From: Candidatus Heimdallarchaeota archaeon
GTDB lineage: Archaea > Asgardarchaeota > Heimdallarchaeia > Heimdallarchaeales > Heimdallarchaeaceae
DNA length: 40,165 nt
Direction of reading: 5' to 3'
NCBI GenBank assembly: GCA_016839945.1
Contig: JAEOTE010000056.1
Coordinates: forward strand, 1-40,165
Part shown: positions 27,347 through 36,259 of the stretch, piece after piece
Layout: each line of letters begins with the position of its first letter
How positions within the stretch are numbered: position 1 is the first letter of the stretch
Program-made: the position numbers and the translations under genes
The notes under the pieces: generated by a model
Database searches by the model: none
Seen by the model: the letters and a program-made list of their open reading frames with translations, nothing else
Told to the model about the DNA's origin: nothing

Positions 27347-28594
27347 TTGCCAGACAATCTTCTTGATAGAGTATTTAATTTGTCAACCTATCTAAGAGAT
27401 GAAAATCTCGACGTTCAAAATCAAGAACTGAGACTTGATCCTTGGACAATGAAGTATATCCCTGAACTCTATATTGCTTCTGAGAAACTAAATAGTCAAA
27501 TTGCACGCTTATTACAGATTATTAAAGATGGCAAAGCAATTTGTTCAATTATAGGCGATATAAAATCAGGCAAATCATATCTATTAAATCTATTAAGAGA
27601 TGGATTTAAGGAATCATTGTGGAAATATTCAACATACAAGAAGATACACATCTTATTCTTTGATTCTGAAGAAATGAAAGACTATTCCTTAACAATCTTC
27701 TTACAAAAAATAGCAGAACAAATCTTCGGTAAAACAAATCACTCAAGAGAACAGATAATTGTTGAACTAAAGAATTATACTACAACTAATAACGCATTGT
27801 TAGTTTTGTTATTAGATAATTTTCGTGGTAATCTACTCTCATCTGTTTCAAGTGATTCAGCTAAATTACTGAAATTACTAAAAGAACACTTTTCTTGTAT
27901 AATAACTTGCAATTTGAGTGAAATGATGATTTTAAGAAATGGACTAAAAGAAGGGGGTGCTGATCATCTGTCATATTCAATTCATCTCCCAGAGTTATCC
28001 ATGGCAGAAGCAAAAGAACTTGTTACAAGAAGAATGAGTTATGCTTTGAATCAATCAAATGTTCAAATTGGAGAGATATTCTCTGAAAGAGCTTTGGAAG
28101 CAGCTTGGGTAGAATCCAAAGGAAATCCCTGGGTTTTTATTTCAACTCTTTCTGATGCATATTCATATTCAAAAAAGAAAGGATCGAGAATAGTATCTCA
28201 TGATGCAGTAAATTCTGTAATAGATATGTTTTCTAGAACTCCAGTACAAGGAACATTTGAGGATCATGATAAATTCATAATTCAACAAGCACTGAATAAT
28301 TTTCCTTATAGAGAAAGACAAGTATGTGAATATTTAATCCATAAGGATGCGACTGCAAAGGAAATAACTTTGTATCTTTATGGAGAACTTCCTTCATCTG
28401 AATATAGAAGTAAATATATGGGAACAAAGAGTTTTTTGAAGAGATTAAAAGATAAAAATGTAGTTGTAACTAAAGGACAAGAAGGACGCTCTCTTCTATT
28501 TGGATTAAATCCAAAAATGAGAGAAAGATTAACACAAAGTAGTGACAAAAGCGAACCATCGATAACAAGTGAAAACAAAATTTATGTTTCATAA
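27347..28594 (+). CDS. AAA+/P-loop NTPase (Cdc6/ExeA-like) with C-terminal winged helix
   Basis: Walker A GDIKSGKS; Walker B LLLDN; lid motifs LPELS, SKGNPW; C-terminal wH RERQVCEYL...TAKEI...LKRLKDKNVV. Confidence 0.75.
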   Translation: MPDNLLDRVFNLSTYLRDENLDVQNQELRLDPWTMKYIPELYIASEKLNSQIARLLQIIKDGKAICSIIGDIKSGKSYLLNLLRDGFKESLWKYSTYKKIHILFFDSEEMKDYSLTIFLQKIAEQIFGKTNHSREQIIVELKNYTTTNNALLVLLLDNFRGNLLSSVSSDSAKLLKLLKEHFSCIITCNLSEMMILRNGLKEGGADHLSYSIHLPELSMAEAKELVTRRMSYALNQSNVQIGEIFSERALEAAWVESKGNPWVFISTLSDAYSYSKKKGSRIVSHDAVNSVIDMFSRTPVQGTFEDHDKFIIQQALNNFPYRERQVCEYLIHKDATAKEITLYLYGELPSSEYRSKYMGTKSFLKRLKDKNVVVTKGQEGRSLLFGLNPKMRERLTQSSDKSEPSITSENKIYVS

Positions 28595-28616
28595 AAAGAA
28601 AGAAAAAAGGAAATTG

Positions 28617-29756
28617 TTATTTTTTAGCTATGTTTCGTATTATTGATACGATTAAGAATACTATGTATGCTACTAGGAAATTAATCAGAAGTAGATTAGT
28701 AAATTCTGTAAATAATGTAAACCAAGTTGAAGTTCTGATATAGAAAAAGTCTGCAGAACCAATAGCATTCTGAAAGATGTAACTATATGCACAAATAGTC
28801 AAGAATGGTGCAATATTCAAAGTTAAATAAGCTCCTTCATAATTTAGTCTCATAAAGTTAGTTGTTCCTGATGCTCTTTGATATATAATAAGTGCTATAC
28901 CAATACCAATGACAAATCCAACAATTGGTAGGATGTAAAATACATTCAGAAGTTGAACTGCCATAAATCCTCCTGCAGTGGTTTTTGCAAAGATTGAATT
29001 TAGGAACTGAGTATTAGTATCCCCAAATATTGAAACCGCAGTAGATTGGTTAAAGTTTACATGTGATAGAATTATGAACAAGAGAGCACCTACAATGCTT
29101 AAGAAAATTAATAACTGACCAAAAATCTCCTTTTTCTTACCTGTTTGTTCAGCTGAAATTTTCCTTCTTGACAGAATAAAGAAAACTACTATGTAAATTG
29201 CTGAAAAAACTGCAACTATCAAGTCATAAACTGGAAATCCACCAATTGTCTCTCCGAAAGCAATCCCTACAGAATTTTGATGGAAATTATTTTGTGCTTG
29301 TTCTAGACTTGCAACCATACTTACACCAGCTCCAATCACACCTTGCAGACCTATAACAATTCCAGTTACAAGAAGTGCTGTTCTTCCAGTTATACGCATT
29401 GTTGCAAACCATCCAGCGAAAAATGCTGTTATCATGTAAATAATTACCACAGCTATGAAACCCTTTAATGCAACTGTAGAATAGGGATCGTAGAAAGATA
29501 AAATTGCTGCTGTACTAATAAAAATAGATGATACAAGGTTTTTAGCTATAGCACAAGAAACCAGAATAATGGCTATTGTGAAGGTTATTGTTGCAGGAGA
29601 TATCCATTCCCAAAGCGTTTCAATTTGCAGTATTCCTAACCATGGTAATACAAATTCAGTGAGTGCTACTAAAGCAATCCCAAAGAATGTTGCTATCAAT
29701 GCTCTTTTTGTGAAAAACTGCCCAAGATGAAAGTATTTAATGTCTGACATATACAT
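28617..29756 (-). CDS. Polytopic membrane protein (about 9-10 TM), unknown function
   Basis: Alternating long hydrophobic segments throughout. Confidence 0.75.
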   Translation of the reverse strand: MYMSDIKYFHLGQFFTKRALIATFFGIALVALTEFVLPWLGILQIETLWEWISPATITFTIAIILVSCAIAKNLVSSIFISTAAILSFYDPYSTVALKGFIAVVIIYMITAFFAGWFATMRITGRTALLVTGIVIGLQGVIGAGVSMVASLEQAQNNFHQNSVGIAFGETIGGFPVYDLIVAVFSAIYIVVFFILSRRKISAEQTGKKKEIFGQLLIFLSIVGALLFIILSHVNFNQSTAVSIFGDTNTQFLNSIFAKTTAGGFMAVQLLNVFYILPIVGFVIGIGIALIIYQRASGTTNFMRLNYEGAYLTLNIAPFLTICAYSYIFQNAIGSADFFYIRTSTWFTLFTEFTNLLLINFLVAYIVFLIVSIIRNIAKK

Positions 29757-29837
29757 CGTTTCTCTTTTGTTGTTTTAACTGATTAAGAAATAATATGTAC
29801 TATGGTAAAAAAAAGATTTTGGGTGTAGGAAGAGTGT

Positions 29838-30215
29838 TTACCTTCTAGGTTTTATTGACATCATTGTTGTTCCAATGAAGGTAATTAATCCTGAAGCTGC
29901 TGCAATCATAATAACAGCAATGCCACTTAAGACAGTGTTGAGTGCTTCATAATCTCTTTGCCAGATTGCTAGATAGATTGTAAGTAGAATTAAAGCAGCT
30001 AGCATAAAACCTGTTAAAACCAAATAAGCATTCTTCTCTTCTGTTCTAAAAACAGCTGATACAGATCCTAAAGCGAATCCACCAATGATTCCTATTCCTA
30101 GGTAAAAAAGGAACCACCAAAACTGATCAGTTAATTGAACTACTGTAATAATTACACCAAAGATTCCAACAGCTGTTAAAGCTCCTCCAATAAAAGACGC
30201 AGGTCTTGCAGCCAT
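29838..30215 (-). CDS. Small 4-TM membrane protein
   Basis: Four hydrophobic helices; GAGGT RBS. Confidence 0.75.
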   Translation of the reverse strand: MAARPASFIGGALTAVGIFGVIITVVQLTDQFWWFLFYLGIGIIGGFALGSVSAVFRTEEKNAYLVLTGFMLAALILLTIYLAIWQRDYEALNTVLSGIAVIMIAAASGLITFIGTTMMSIKPRR

Positions 30216-30461
30216 AATAAATACCTCAATATTCCTAACTAACAGCTTTGTATATTAATATTTCTAAATACTTTACTTGAAGTTTTAAGACAACATCGCA
30301 GATTTACAAGAAGACTGAATGTCTTAGGGAAGCATATTATCTCATAAGATACTTTACAATAAGATGGGTATTGAATGCTAAAGATGCAGGTGTTCAAGAA
30401 TATTATCTTCTAATAAAGTGGACCTTTTAAAAAGAAAGTGGGCTTTGCAACACTATGAAAA

Positions 30462-31367
30462 TCAAGATTTTGTGTTTTGTTTCTTCTTCTTTTTAATTTT
30501 GAATCTATCAAAGACAATTGATAAAGCTAAATCCAAGTTCCTAATCACATGAAAGATACGTCCAAGTCTAACATACATCCTCCTTATAGCCTTAATAATG
30601 CTATTTTGTTCAACTATTCCTATTTCATAGTAGAGGTATTGTTCTTTTTCCTTGCCACTAATACAAATCTTTCCAAGAGGATTAGTTATTGTTAACCAAC
30701 CATTCCAATAATGACCACCTTCCTCACCAAACCGATTTGCATTAATTAACCACGCATCATAACTTCGAGAAAGAAACCCAATTCCAAACCACCTTGGATC
30801 TTTATCATCTGCTAGGCTATGAATAATCAGTTCAAGTTTACTTTTTCTCAAAGTTTTGTTAACTTCTTTACTTTGAACATCATAGCAAATAACTATGCCT
30901 GTCTTAATATCTTTAATTTGAATAACTGTTACAGGTTTTTCTCCTGGAGTAAAAAATGATTCTCTCATTGCTCTTTTACGGTGAACTGCAGTAATATTAC
31001 CTAAAGGATCAATCAAAACTTGAGAGTTGTAAAAATCTTCCTTCTCCTTTTCATTGATTCCAAAACTAATGTATACATTGTATTGTGCTGCAAGTTTAGA
31101 CATTATATCTGTAGTTTTACCAGGTATAGTTTCAGCAATTTTGTGATGATATTCAGCTGTTTTTTTGAAATTAAAAAACCAACCATGAATAGTTTCTCCA
31201 AACACTATTAATTCAACATGTGGGTGATTCTGCTTTATCTCTTCTATGAAATTAGTCATTTTTTGTAAATTCTTTTCTGGATTTTCATCACAAATCATAG
31301 CAGTAGTTGCAATTTTGAGATGTTTATTAGCTTTTGAAATATTGTATAGCTTTTTCATTAGAACCAT
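30462..31367 (-). CDS. Carbon-nitrogen hydrolase (nitrilase superfamily)
   Basis: Catalytic triad E (VFGET), K (HRKR), C (ICYD). Confidence 0.9.
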   Translation of the reverse strand: MVLMKKLYNISKANKHLKIATTAMICDENPEKNLQKMTNFIEEIKQNHPHVELIVFGETIHGWFFNFKKTAEYHHKIAETIPGKTTDIMSKLAAQYNVYISFGINEKEKEDFYNSQVLIDPLGNITAVHRKRAMRESFFTPGEKPVTVIQIKDIKTGIVICYDVQSKEVNKTLRKSKLELIIHSLADDKDPRWFGIGFLSRSYDAWLINANRFGEEGGHYWNGWLTITNPLGKICISGKEKEQYLYYEIGIVEQNSIIKAIRRMYVRLGRIFHVIRNLDLALSIVFDRFKIKKKKKQNTKS

Positions 31368-31528
31368 CTGGTAAAGTTCCTATTAAAGTACTAATAAGCA
31401 TTATCAAATATATGTATCCATTCAGTTGATTTGTGATTGAAAACATTTTTTATTCTCTTTTTCTGTTCAATCGAAGTCTTTTAAAACACTAGTCCTCAAT
31501 CTTTTTTGTAGTTGAGGAAGATTAGAAA

Positions 31529-31578
31529 TAAGTAATTATTTTGTTTAAGTTTTTTTCAACACCCTAAATAATTGCTTA
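31529..31578 (+). promoter_or_regulatory. Structured 5' leader hairpin of the DEAD-box helicase gene
   Basis: TAAGTAATTATTT (31529-41) pairs with AAATAATTGCTTA (31566-78): 13 bp including one G-U. Confidence 0.5.
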
Positions 31579-31629
31579 GAATCATACCTCAAGAGAATTG
31601 ATACTTGATTTTAGGTTAGACTATAAAAA

Positions 31630-32874
31630 GTGATATCAATGAAATTTCAAGATTATAATTTAAACAGTCAGTTAAAACGAGCTTTAGAAGATATGGGGAT
31701 TCATACTCCAACCAAAATACAGAGAAGATCGATTCCTCAACTCCTTGATGGGGGTAGAACACATGTCCTAGCTCAAGCTAAGACTGGAACTGGAAAAACA
31801 CTAGCATTCTCCATTCCTATTGCTAACCAGATTAGTCTTAAACAACGCTCAGTTCAGGCAGTCGTACTAGTACCAACTAGAGAATTATGTAAGCAAGTAC
31901 ACAGTGTTGTTAATAGATTGACGATGTACAGAAAATTAAAAACTGTAGAGGTTTATGGTGGAGTCTCCATCGACAGGCAAAAAAAAGAGATTAAAGCTGG
32001 TGCTCAAATTGTTATAGCTACTCCTGGAAGACTTATGGATCTTTACAGAAGAAGAGTTATTTCCTTCAGTAACGTAAAATTTGTTGTTTTAGATGAAGCT
32101 GATAGAATGCTTGATATGGGATTCTTACCTGATATAAAGTACATCCTGTTTGATGCAATGAAAGGTGTCTCACCTCGCTTATTATTGTTCTCAGCAACAA
32201 TGCTTAAACAAATAACAAAGATTGCTCGTCAGTTTACCAATGGTGAAAAGTTGGTTGAAATAAATGTGAGTAAAGATGATATAACAGTTGCAAACTGTAA
32301 GCAGTATTATTACAAAATCAAAGATTCCAAGCAGAAATATTCTACTTTTGTTTCAATTCTTAAGGAGGAAAAACCCAAATCTTCAATTGTTTTTGTTAAC
32401 ACTAGACGATGGGCAGACAAACTAAGAAAACGCTTATCGCAGGAAAAAGGTCTCAATATGAGATTCAACACATTACATGGAGACAAAACTCAAAGACAAA
32501 GAGAACTTGTTTTGAAAGATTTCAGAAAAGAAAGATTTGATTGTTTGGTAGCTACAAATGTTGCAGCAAGAGGTTTAGATCTCCCGAAAGTAACACACGT
32601 TTTCAATTTTGATTTGCCAAAGGAAGGACCGGAAATATATGTTCATCGAATAGGAAGAACCTCCCGAATGGAAAATGAAGGAAAAGCAATTTCATTTGCT
32701 ATTAATGACCAAATGAAAATGCTTCGTAAAATAGAAACTTTCATGAAAAAACCAATACAGAGGCTTTATTTCAACGTTAGAACTGAAAAAAACAAACGTC
32801 CCAAATCATATCAATCCACAAGTTTTAGCGAAGACAGAAAGAATAGTCAACTTGCTCTACACGCAAGTGATTAA
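31630..32874 (+). CDS. DEAD-box ATP-dependent RNA helicase (DeaD/CshA-like)
   Basis: Q motif PTKIQ, AKTGTGKT, PTREL, TPGR, DEAD, SAT, ARGLD, HRIGRT. Confidence 0.96.
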   Translation: MISMKFQDYNLNSQLKRALEDMGIHTPTKIQRRSIPQLLDGGRTHVLAQAKTGTGKTLAFSIPIANQISLKQRSVQAVVLVPTRELCKQVHSVVNRLTMYRKLKTVEVYGGVSIDRQKKEIKAGAQIVIATPGRLMDLYRRRVISFSNVKFVVLDEADRMLDMGFLPDIKYILFDAMKGVSPRLLLFSATMLKQITKIARQFTNGEKLVEINVSKDDITVANCKQYYYKIKDSKQKYSTFVSILKEEKPKSSIVFVNTRRWADKLRKRLSQEKGLNMRFNTLHGDKTQRQRELVLKDFRKERFDCLVATNVAARGLDLPKVTHVFNFDLPKEGPEIYVHRIGRTSRMENEGKAISFAINDQMKMLRKIETFMKKPIQRLYFNVRTEKNKRPKSYQSTSFSEDRKNSQLALHASD

Positions 32875-32876
32875 AC

Positions 32877-32902
32877 TGAGAGATATATTTCTATATTTCT
32901 CA
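32877..32902 (+). terminator. Hairpin directly after the helicase stop (terminator or stability element)
   Basis: TGAGAGATATA-TTTC-TATATTTCTCA, 11-bp stem with one G-U. Confidence 0.5.
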
Positions 32903-32986
32903 CAAAATTACATTCTAATCTGTAAAACTTCACTTATTTCTGAAATCTATTCTGCTGATTCTCATTTGAAAAAAGTCTTCATACTC

Positions 32987-33721
32987 TTATTTTGCTGAAA
33001 AATCTTTTACAATTTGACCATCACTCATGTATAATTGCCTATCAGCTAGGATTGCCAATTCATTGTCGTGAGTCACAAAGACTAAAGTCTTTTTCTTTTC
33101 CTTACTTAGTTCTAAAAGAAGATTGATTATCTTATCTCCAGTATCAGAATCTAGATTTCCTGTTAGCTCATCAGCTAAAATCAATTCAGGATCATTTGCT
33201 AAAGCTCTGGCTATTGCTGTTCGTTGTTGCTCCCCACCGGAAAGTTGATCTGGTTTATGATTCTTTCTGTCATACAATCCTACTGCTTTAAGTAATTCCT
33301 CAGTTTTCTGTTTTCTTTCTTCTTTTGGTCTCTTTGCTAATATCATTGGCATTTCAATATTCTTTTCAGCATTTATCTCCTCTAGTAGATTGAAATTTTG
33401 AAAAACATAGCCTATAATTTCCCTTCTTAAATAGCTTAGTTCTTTTTCTGATAATGTGCTTAACTTCTGACCATCTATTGAGATGTTTCCTTTGTCTACA
33501 TAGTCTAATGCACCAATAACATTGAGTAAAGTGGTCTTACCACTACCTGATGGACCTACTATTGAAATTATCCCTCCTTTCTTTATAGATATAGAAACCT
33601 CATCAAGAGCTTTTACTTCTACTTCTCCCATTTTATAAGATTTTGAAACTTTCTCCACCTTAATGAATGTCTTATCTCGTTTTCTTTTTGAGCTTCTAGT
33701 TTTTTTCTTCTCAGGTGGCAT
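32987..33721 (-). CDS. ABC transporter ATP-binding protein (LolD/MacB-type)
   Basis: GPSGSGKTT, GYVFQ, LSGGEQQR, ILADELTGNLD, VTHD. Confidence 0.93.
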   Translation of the reverse strand: MPPEKKKTRSSKRKRDKTFIKVEKVSKSYKMGEVEVKALDEVSISIKKGGIISIVGPSGSGKTTLLNVIGALDYVDKGNISIDGQKLSTLSEKELSYLRREIIGYVFQNFNLLEEINAEKNIEMPMILAKRPKEERKQKTEELLKAVGLYDRKNHKPDQLSGGEQQRTAIARALANDPELILADELTGNLDSDTGDKIINLLLELSKEKKKTLVFVTHDNELAILADRQLYMSDGQIVKDFSAK

Positions 33722-33743
33722 CTTTGCTTATGTCTCCAAACAA

Positions 33744-34067
33744 TTATATTTGTTTATTGTTTGTAGGAAATCTTTCTCTCATAATATTTATTTCCTTTCT
33801 CCAAGATTCTTCTAAATCTATATCAAGAAGAATGCACAATTGCAAGAACAAAGAAAAAGCTTGAGCAAACTCTCTAGTCATGTCCTCTTTAGGTGGTTCC
33901 TTATGTCCTTGTTCCTCTTTTTTATATTCTGAAAGAAATAATAGATACTTTCCTATTTCTCCTAATTCTTCAATCAAATGAATGAAAACATCATTTGGTG
34001 AATACTTTAACCAGTCCCTCTCTTGTAGAAAATAACGAACTTCTTCAACTATTTCGCTTAATTCCAT
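33744..34067 (-). CDS. MazG-like nucleotide pyrophosphohydrolase
   Basis: FLQERDW, LIEELGEI (EExxE), EFAQ; AGGTGA RBS. Confidence 0.8.
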   Translation of the reverse strand: MELSEIVEEVRYFLQERDWLKYSPNDVFIHLIEELGEIGKYLLFLSEYKKEEQGHKEPPKEDMTREFAQAFSLFLQLCILLDIDLEESWRKEINIMRERFPTNNKQI

Positions 34068-34079
34068 ATTGTCACCTTT

Positions 34080-36146
34080 CTATGTTGCATACGCTTTCAG
34101 TGTTTGCATTGTAACCTTAGATTTACATATTGGACATTCTTCTTTTATTTTTAACCACTGAAACATATGATCATTATGTGCTAGATTTGAACATTGAGGA
34201 CATTCAAGAACTGTATCTCCGTGTTTAATAAGTCCTTGACAAACTGAGCATTTTTCTGGTATTTGATTACAATTGCTACAAGGTTCATAAGCTGACTTGA
34301 TTAAATTGCCACAGCTTAAACAATGCATTTTACGTGATGGTAAAACTAGTTTTCCTATTTTCTCAAAATAAGTAGAGGTTATAATTCCTTTATAATATCC
34401 ATGAGCAGCTAATTGTGTGACTATTCTGAATATATCTCTTTCAGCTAACGATGATTTAGTTGCGAGAGTACTTATTTTCACTCTCTTTCTTCTTGATTTT
34501 TCTATTTCATTCACAATTTGAACATATTGTTCCCCTAATTCTTCTAGATCTCGAGTAGGGAGAAATTTCTGAAAAGATATAACATAGAAGGAATTTCCGC
34601 TTAGTTTCATATTTAATAATCCAGAGCCTGTTATCTCAAAAACTATGTTTTTAACTGCTACTGATGATTTACTCCAAAGTTTCTGAAGATTACTTAGTGT
34701 AACTCTTTTATTAGAAATTATATATCCAAATATCTCTTGATAATGAATTGGTAGATCATCCAACTGAACCAAAGGTGGAAAGATTGGTATCTCATCAGGT
34801 TCGAGTTTGTTTCCTGAAATATTCCCTTTAATTAATCCCTTGCCGTAAAATGCATAGAGTTTTTCCAATGCAAAATATTTGTCAACTCCTAAAGCTAATG
34901 CAATGTCTTTAACACTTATACTTGATTTAGCAACAACCATTCCTAATACAATCTTTTCCCATCTCTCCAAAGTTCCCTCTTGAGCTCTGCTATATCTTCT
35001 AATGACATCAATGTAAAGGGTGTTACCTTTCAATGTGCAAGATATAAATCCTTCAAGTGATAAAGTAATGACTCCTTCTAGAATTTCACCAACTGATCTG
35101 TTCATGAGTGACATAAGTTTTTTCAATGGAATTTTATCTTGAGTTGAAATTAATCCAAAAAGAGCTTCATAATTAAAGAAAGATAAAGTTGCCATCTCTT
35201 CAATAGTTCTCTTTGGTCTTAGATCTGGAATAACTACAGGTGTAATATAGTTTGCTTCAGTAAAAATGAATTGAAATGTTCCTCTAGCAGTAAGGAGTGC
35301 TAGGACTTTGCTTGCTTCTAAAGGTTCCATATCCATAAATTTCGCTAAATCTTGAATGGATGTTTTCTTCTTTAGAATTACATAACCAACAGCTTCTTTT
35401 TCCTTACCTTGTAGAGCTTCTAAAGGAAGAATTCGAGGTGAAATATGGTACTTGTTTACCGTAATTACAACTTTTGGAAAACCAATAAGTTGCGATTCAA
35501 TATCAAATTTTGCATCTAATTTTCTGTACAACATCAATCTTGCAATTCTTTCAATAACTTCTTCTTTTGAAAAATTAGTACGCTTTGCTACTTTACTTAT
35601 TTCTGCATTACGTAACATCATACATATTCCTACAATGAAAGTGTCCTCTGTTGCAATTGTTGCCTTTTCTGGAGGTTTCCAAATCCAATCAGGTATTATC
35701 TCGTTATCTTTAATTCTCCCTATGAATAATCCTCTACTGATTAGAAATTTTAGATTTTCTTCCATTTCTTCGGTTGAGATCTCAACTATTTTAGATATCT
35801 CACTAATCTTTACTTTTTTATTATAAACCAATAATCCAAGAATGTTTTTTCTAACAGCACTAAGTCTACCGGGTTTTATTTCAGGATGTTTAAAAACGGC
35901 TGAAACATTGAATTTGTTTTTTCGGTAGTAACCTCTAATTACAAGTAATTGAATTAAGTGTTGAACAAAAACTTTGATTGAAGAAATTTCAATTTCATGA
36001 TCTTCTGCATACTTTGATAATACAACTCCTCTATATAATAAGAGATGAGTGAGAAGGTGAGTCTGTTTTGCTTTGGATAGAGTTATTTCAGGAAGATCAA
36101 GTTTTGAGAAATTTAAATTATAAACATCTTCTCTTTCATAACTCAG
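34080..36146 (-). CDS. Tandem PCI-like winged-helix repeat protein (8 repeats) with C-terminal Zn-ribbon and RING finger; putative E3 ligase
   Basis: Frame stays open upstream of the called TTG (35831) to TAG at 36171-73; proposed CTG start 36146 (688 aa) behind GAGCTGAT; RING C-x2-C-x12-C-x2-C-x4-H-x2-H-x10(W)-C-x2-C. Confidence 0.78.
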   Translation of the reverse strand: MSYEREDVYNLNFSKLDLPEITLSKAKQTHLLTHLLLYRGVVLSKYAEDHEIEISSIKVFVQHLIQLLVIRGYYRKNKFNVSAVFKHPEIKPGRLSAVRKNILGLLVYNKKVKISEISKIVEISTEEMEENLKFLISRGLFIGRIKDNEIIPDWIWKPPEKATIATEDTFIVGICMMLRNAEISKVAKRTNFSKEEVIERIARLMLYRKLDAKFDIESQLIGFPKVVITVNKYHISPRILPLEALQGKEKEAVGYVILKKKTSIQDLAKFMDMEPLEASKVLALLTARGTFQFIFTEANYITPVVIPDLRPKRTIEEMATLSFFNYEALFGLISTQDKIPLKKLMSLMNRSVGEILEGVITLSLEGFISCTLKGNTLYIDVIRRYSRAQEGTLERWEKIVLGMVVAKSSISVKDIALALGVDKYFALEKLYAFYGKGLIKGNISGNKLEPDEIPIFPPLVQLDDLPIHYQEIFGYIISNKRVTLSNLQKLWSKSSVAVKNIVFEITGSGLLNMKLSGNSFYVISFQKFLPTRDLEELGEQYVQIVNEIEKSRRKRVKISTLATKSSLAERDIFRIVTQLAAHGYYKGIITSTYFEKIGKLVLPSRKMHCLSCGNLIKSAYEPCSNCNQIPEKCSVCQGLIKHGDTVLECPQCSNLAHNDHMFQWLKIKEECPICKSKVTMQTLKAYAT

Positions 36147-36259
36147 TTTTATCAGCTCTAAAATGTTACTCTAATATTGATAATCATGACTTATTAACCT
36201 TACTTTATTAATTAATGATGTTAAACAAAAGAAAAATGAAAAGAAGAGAATCCAACAAA

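Noticed and set aside
27219-28594. Replication origin with cdc6/orc1
   Set aside because: No ORB/G-string repeats in flanking DNA; protein lacks the canonical Walker B DE of Orc1/Cdc6
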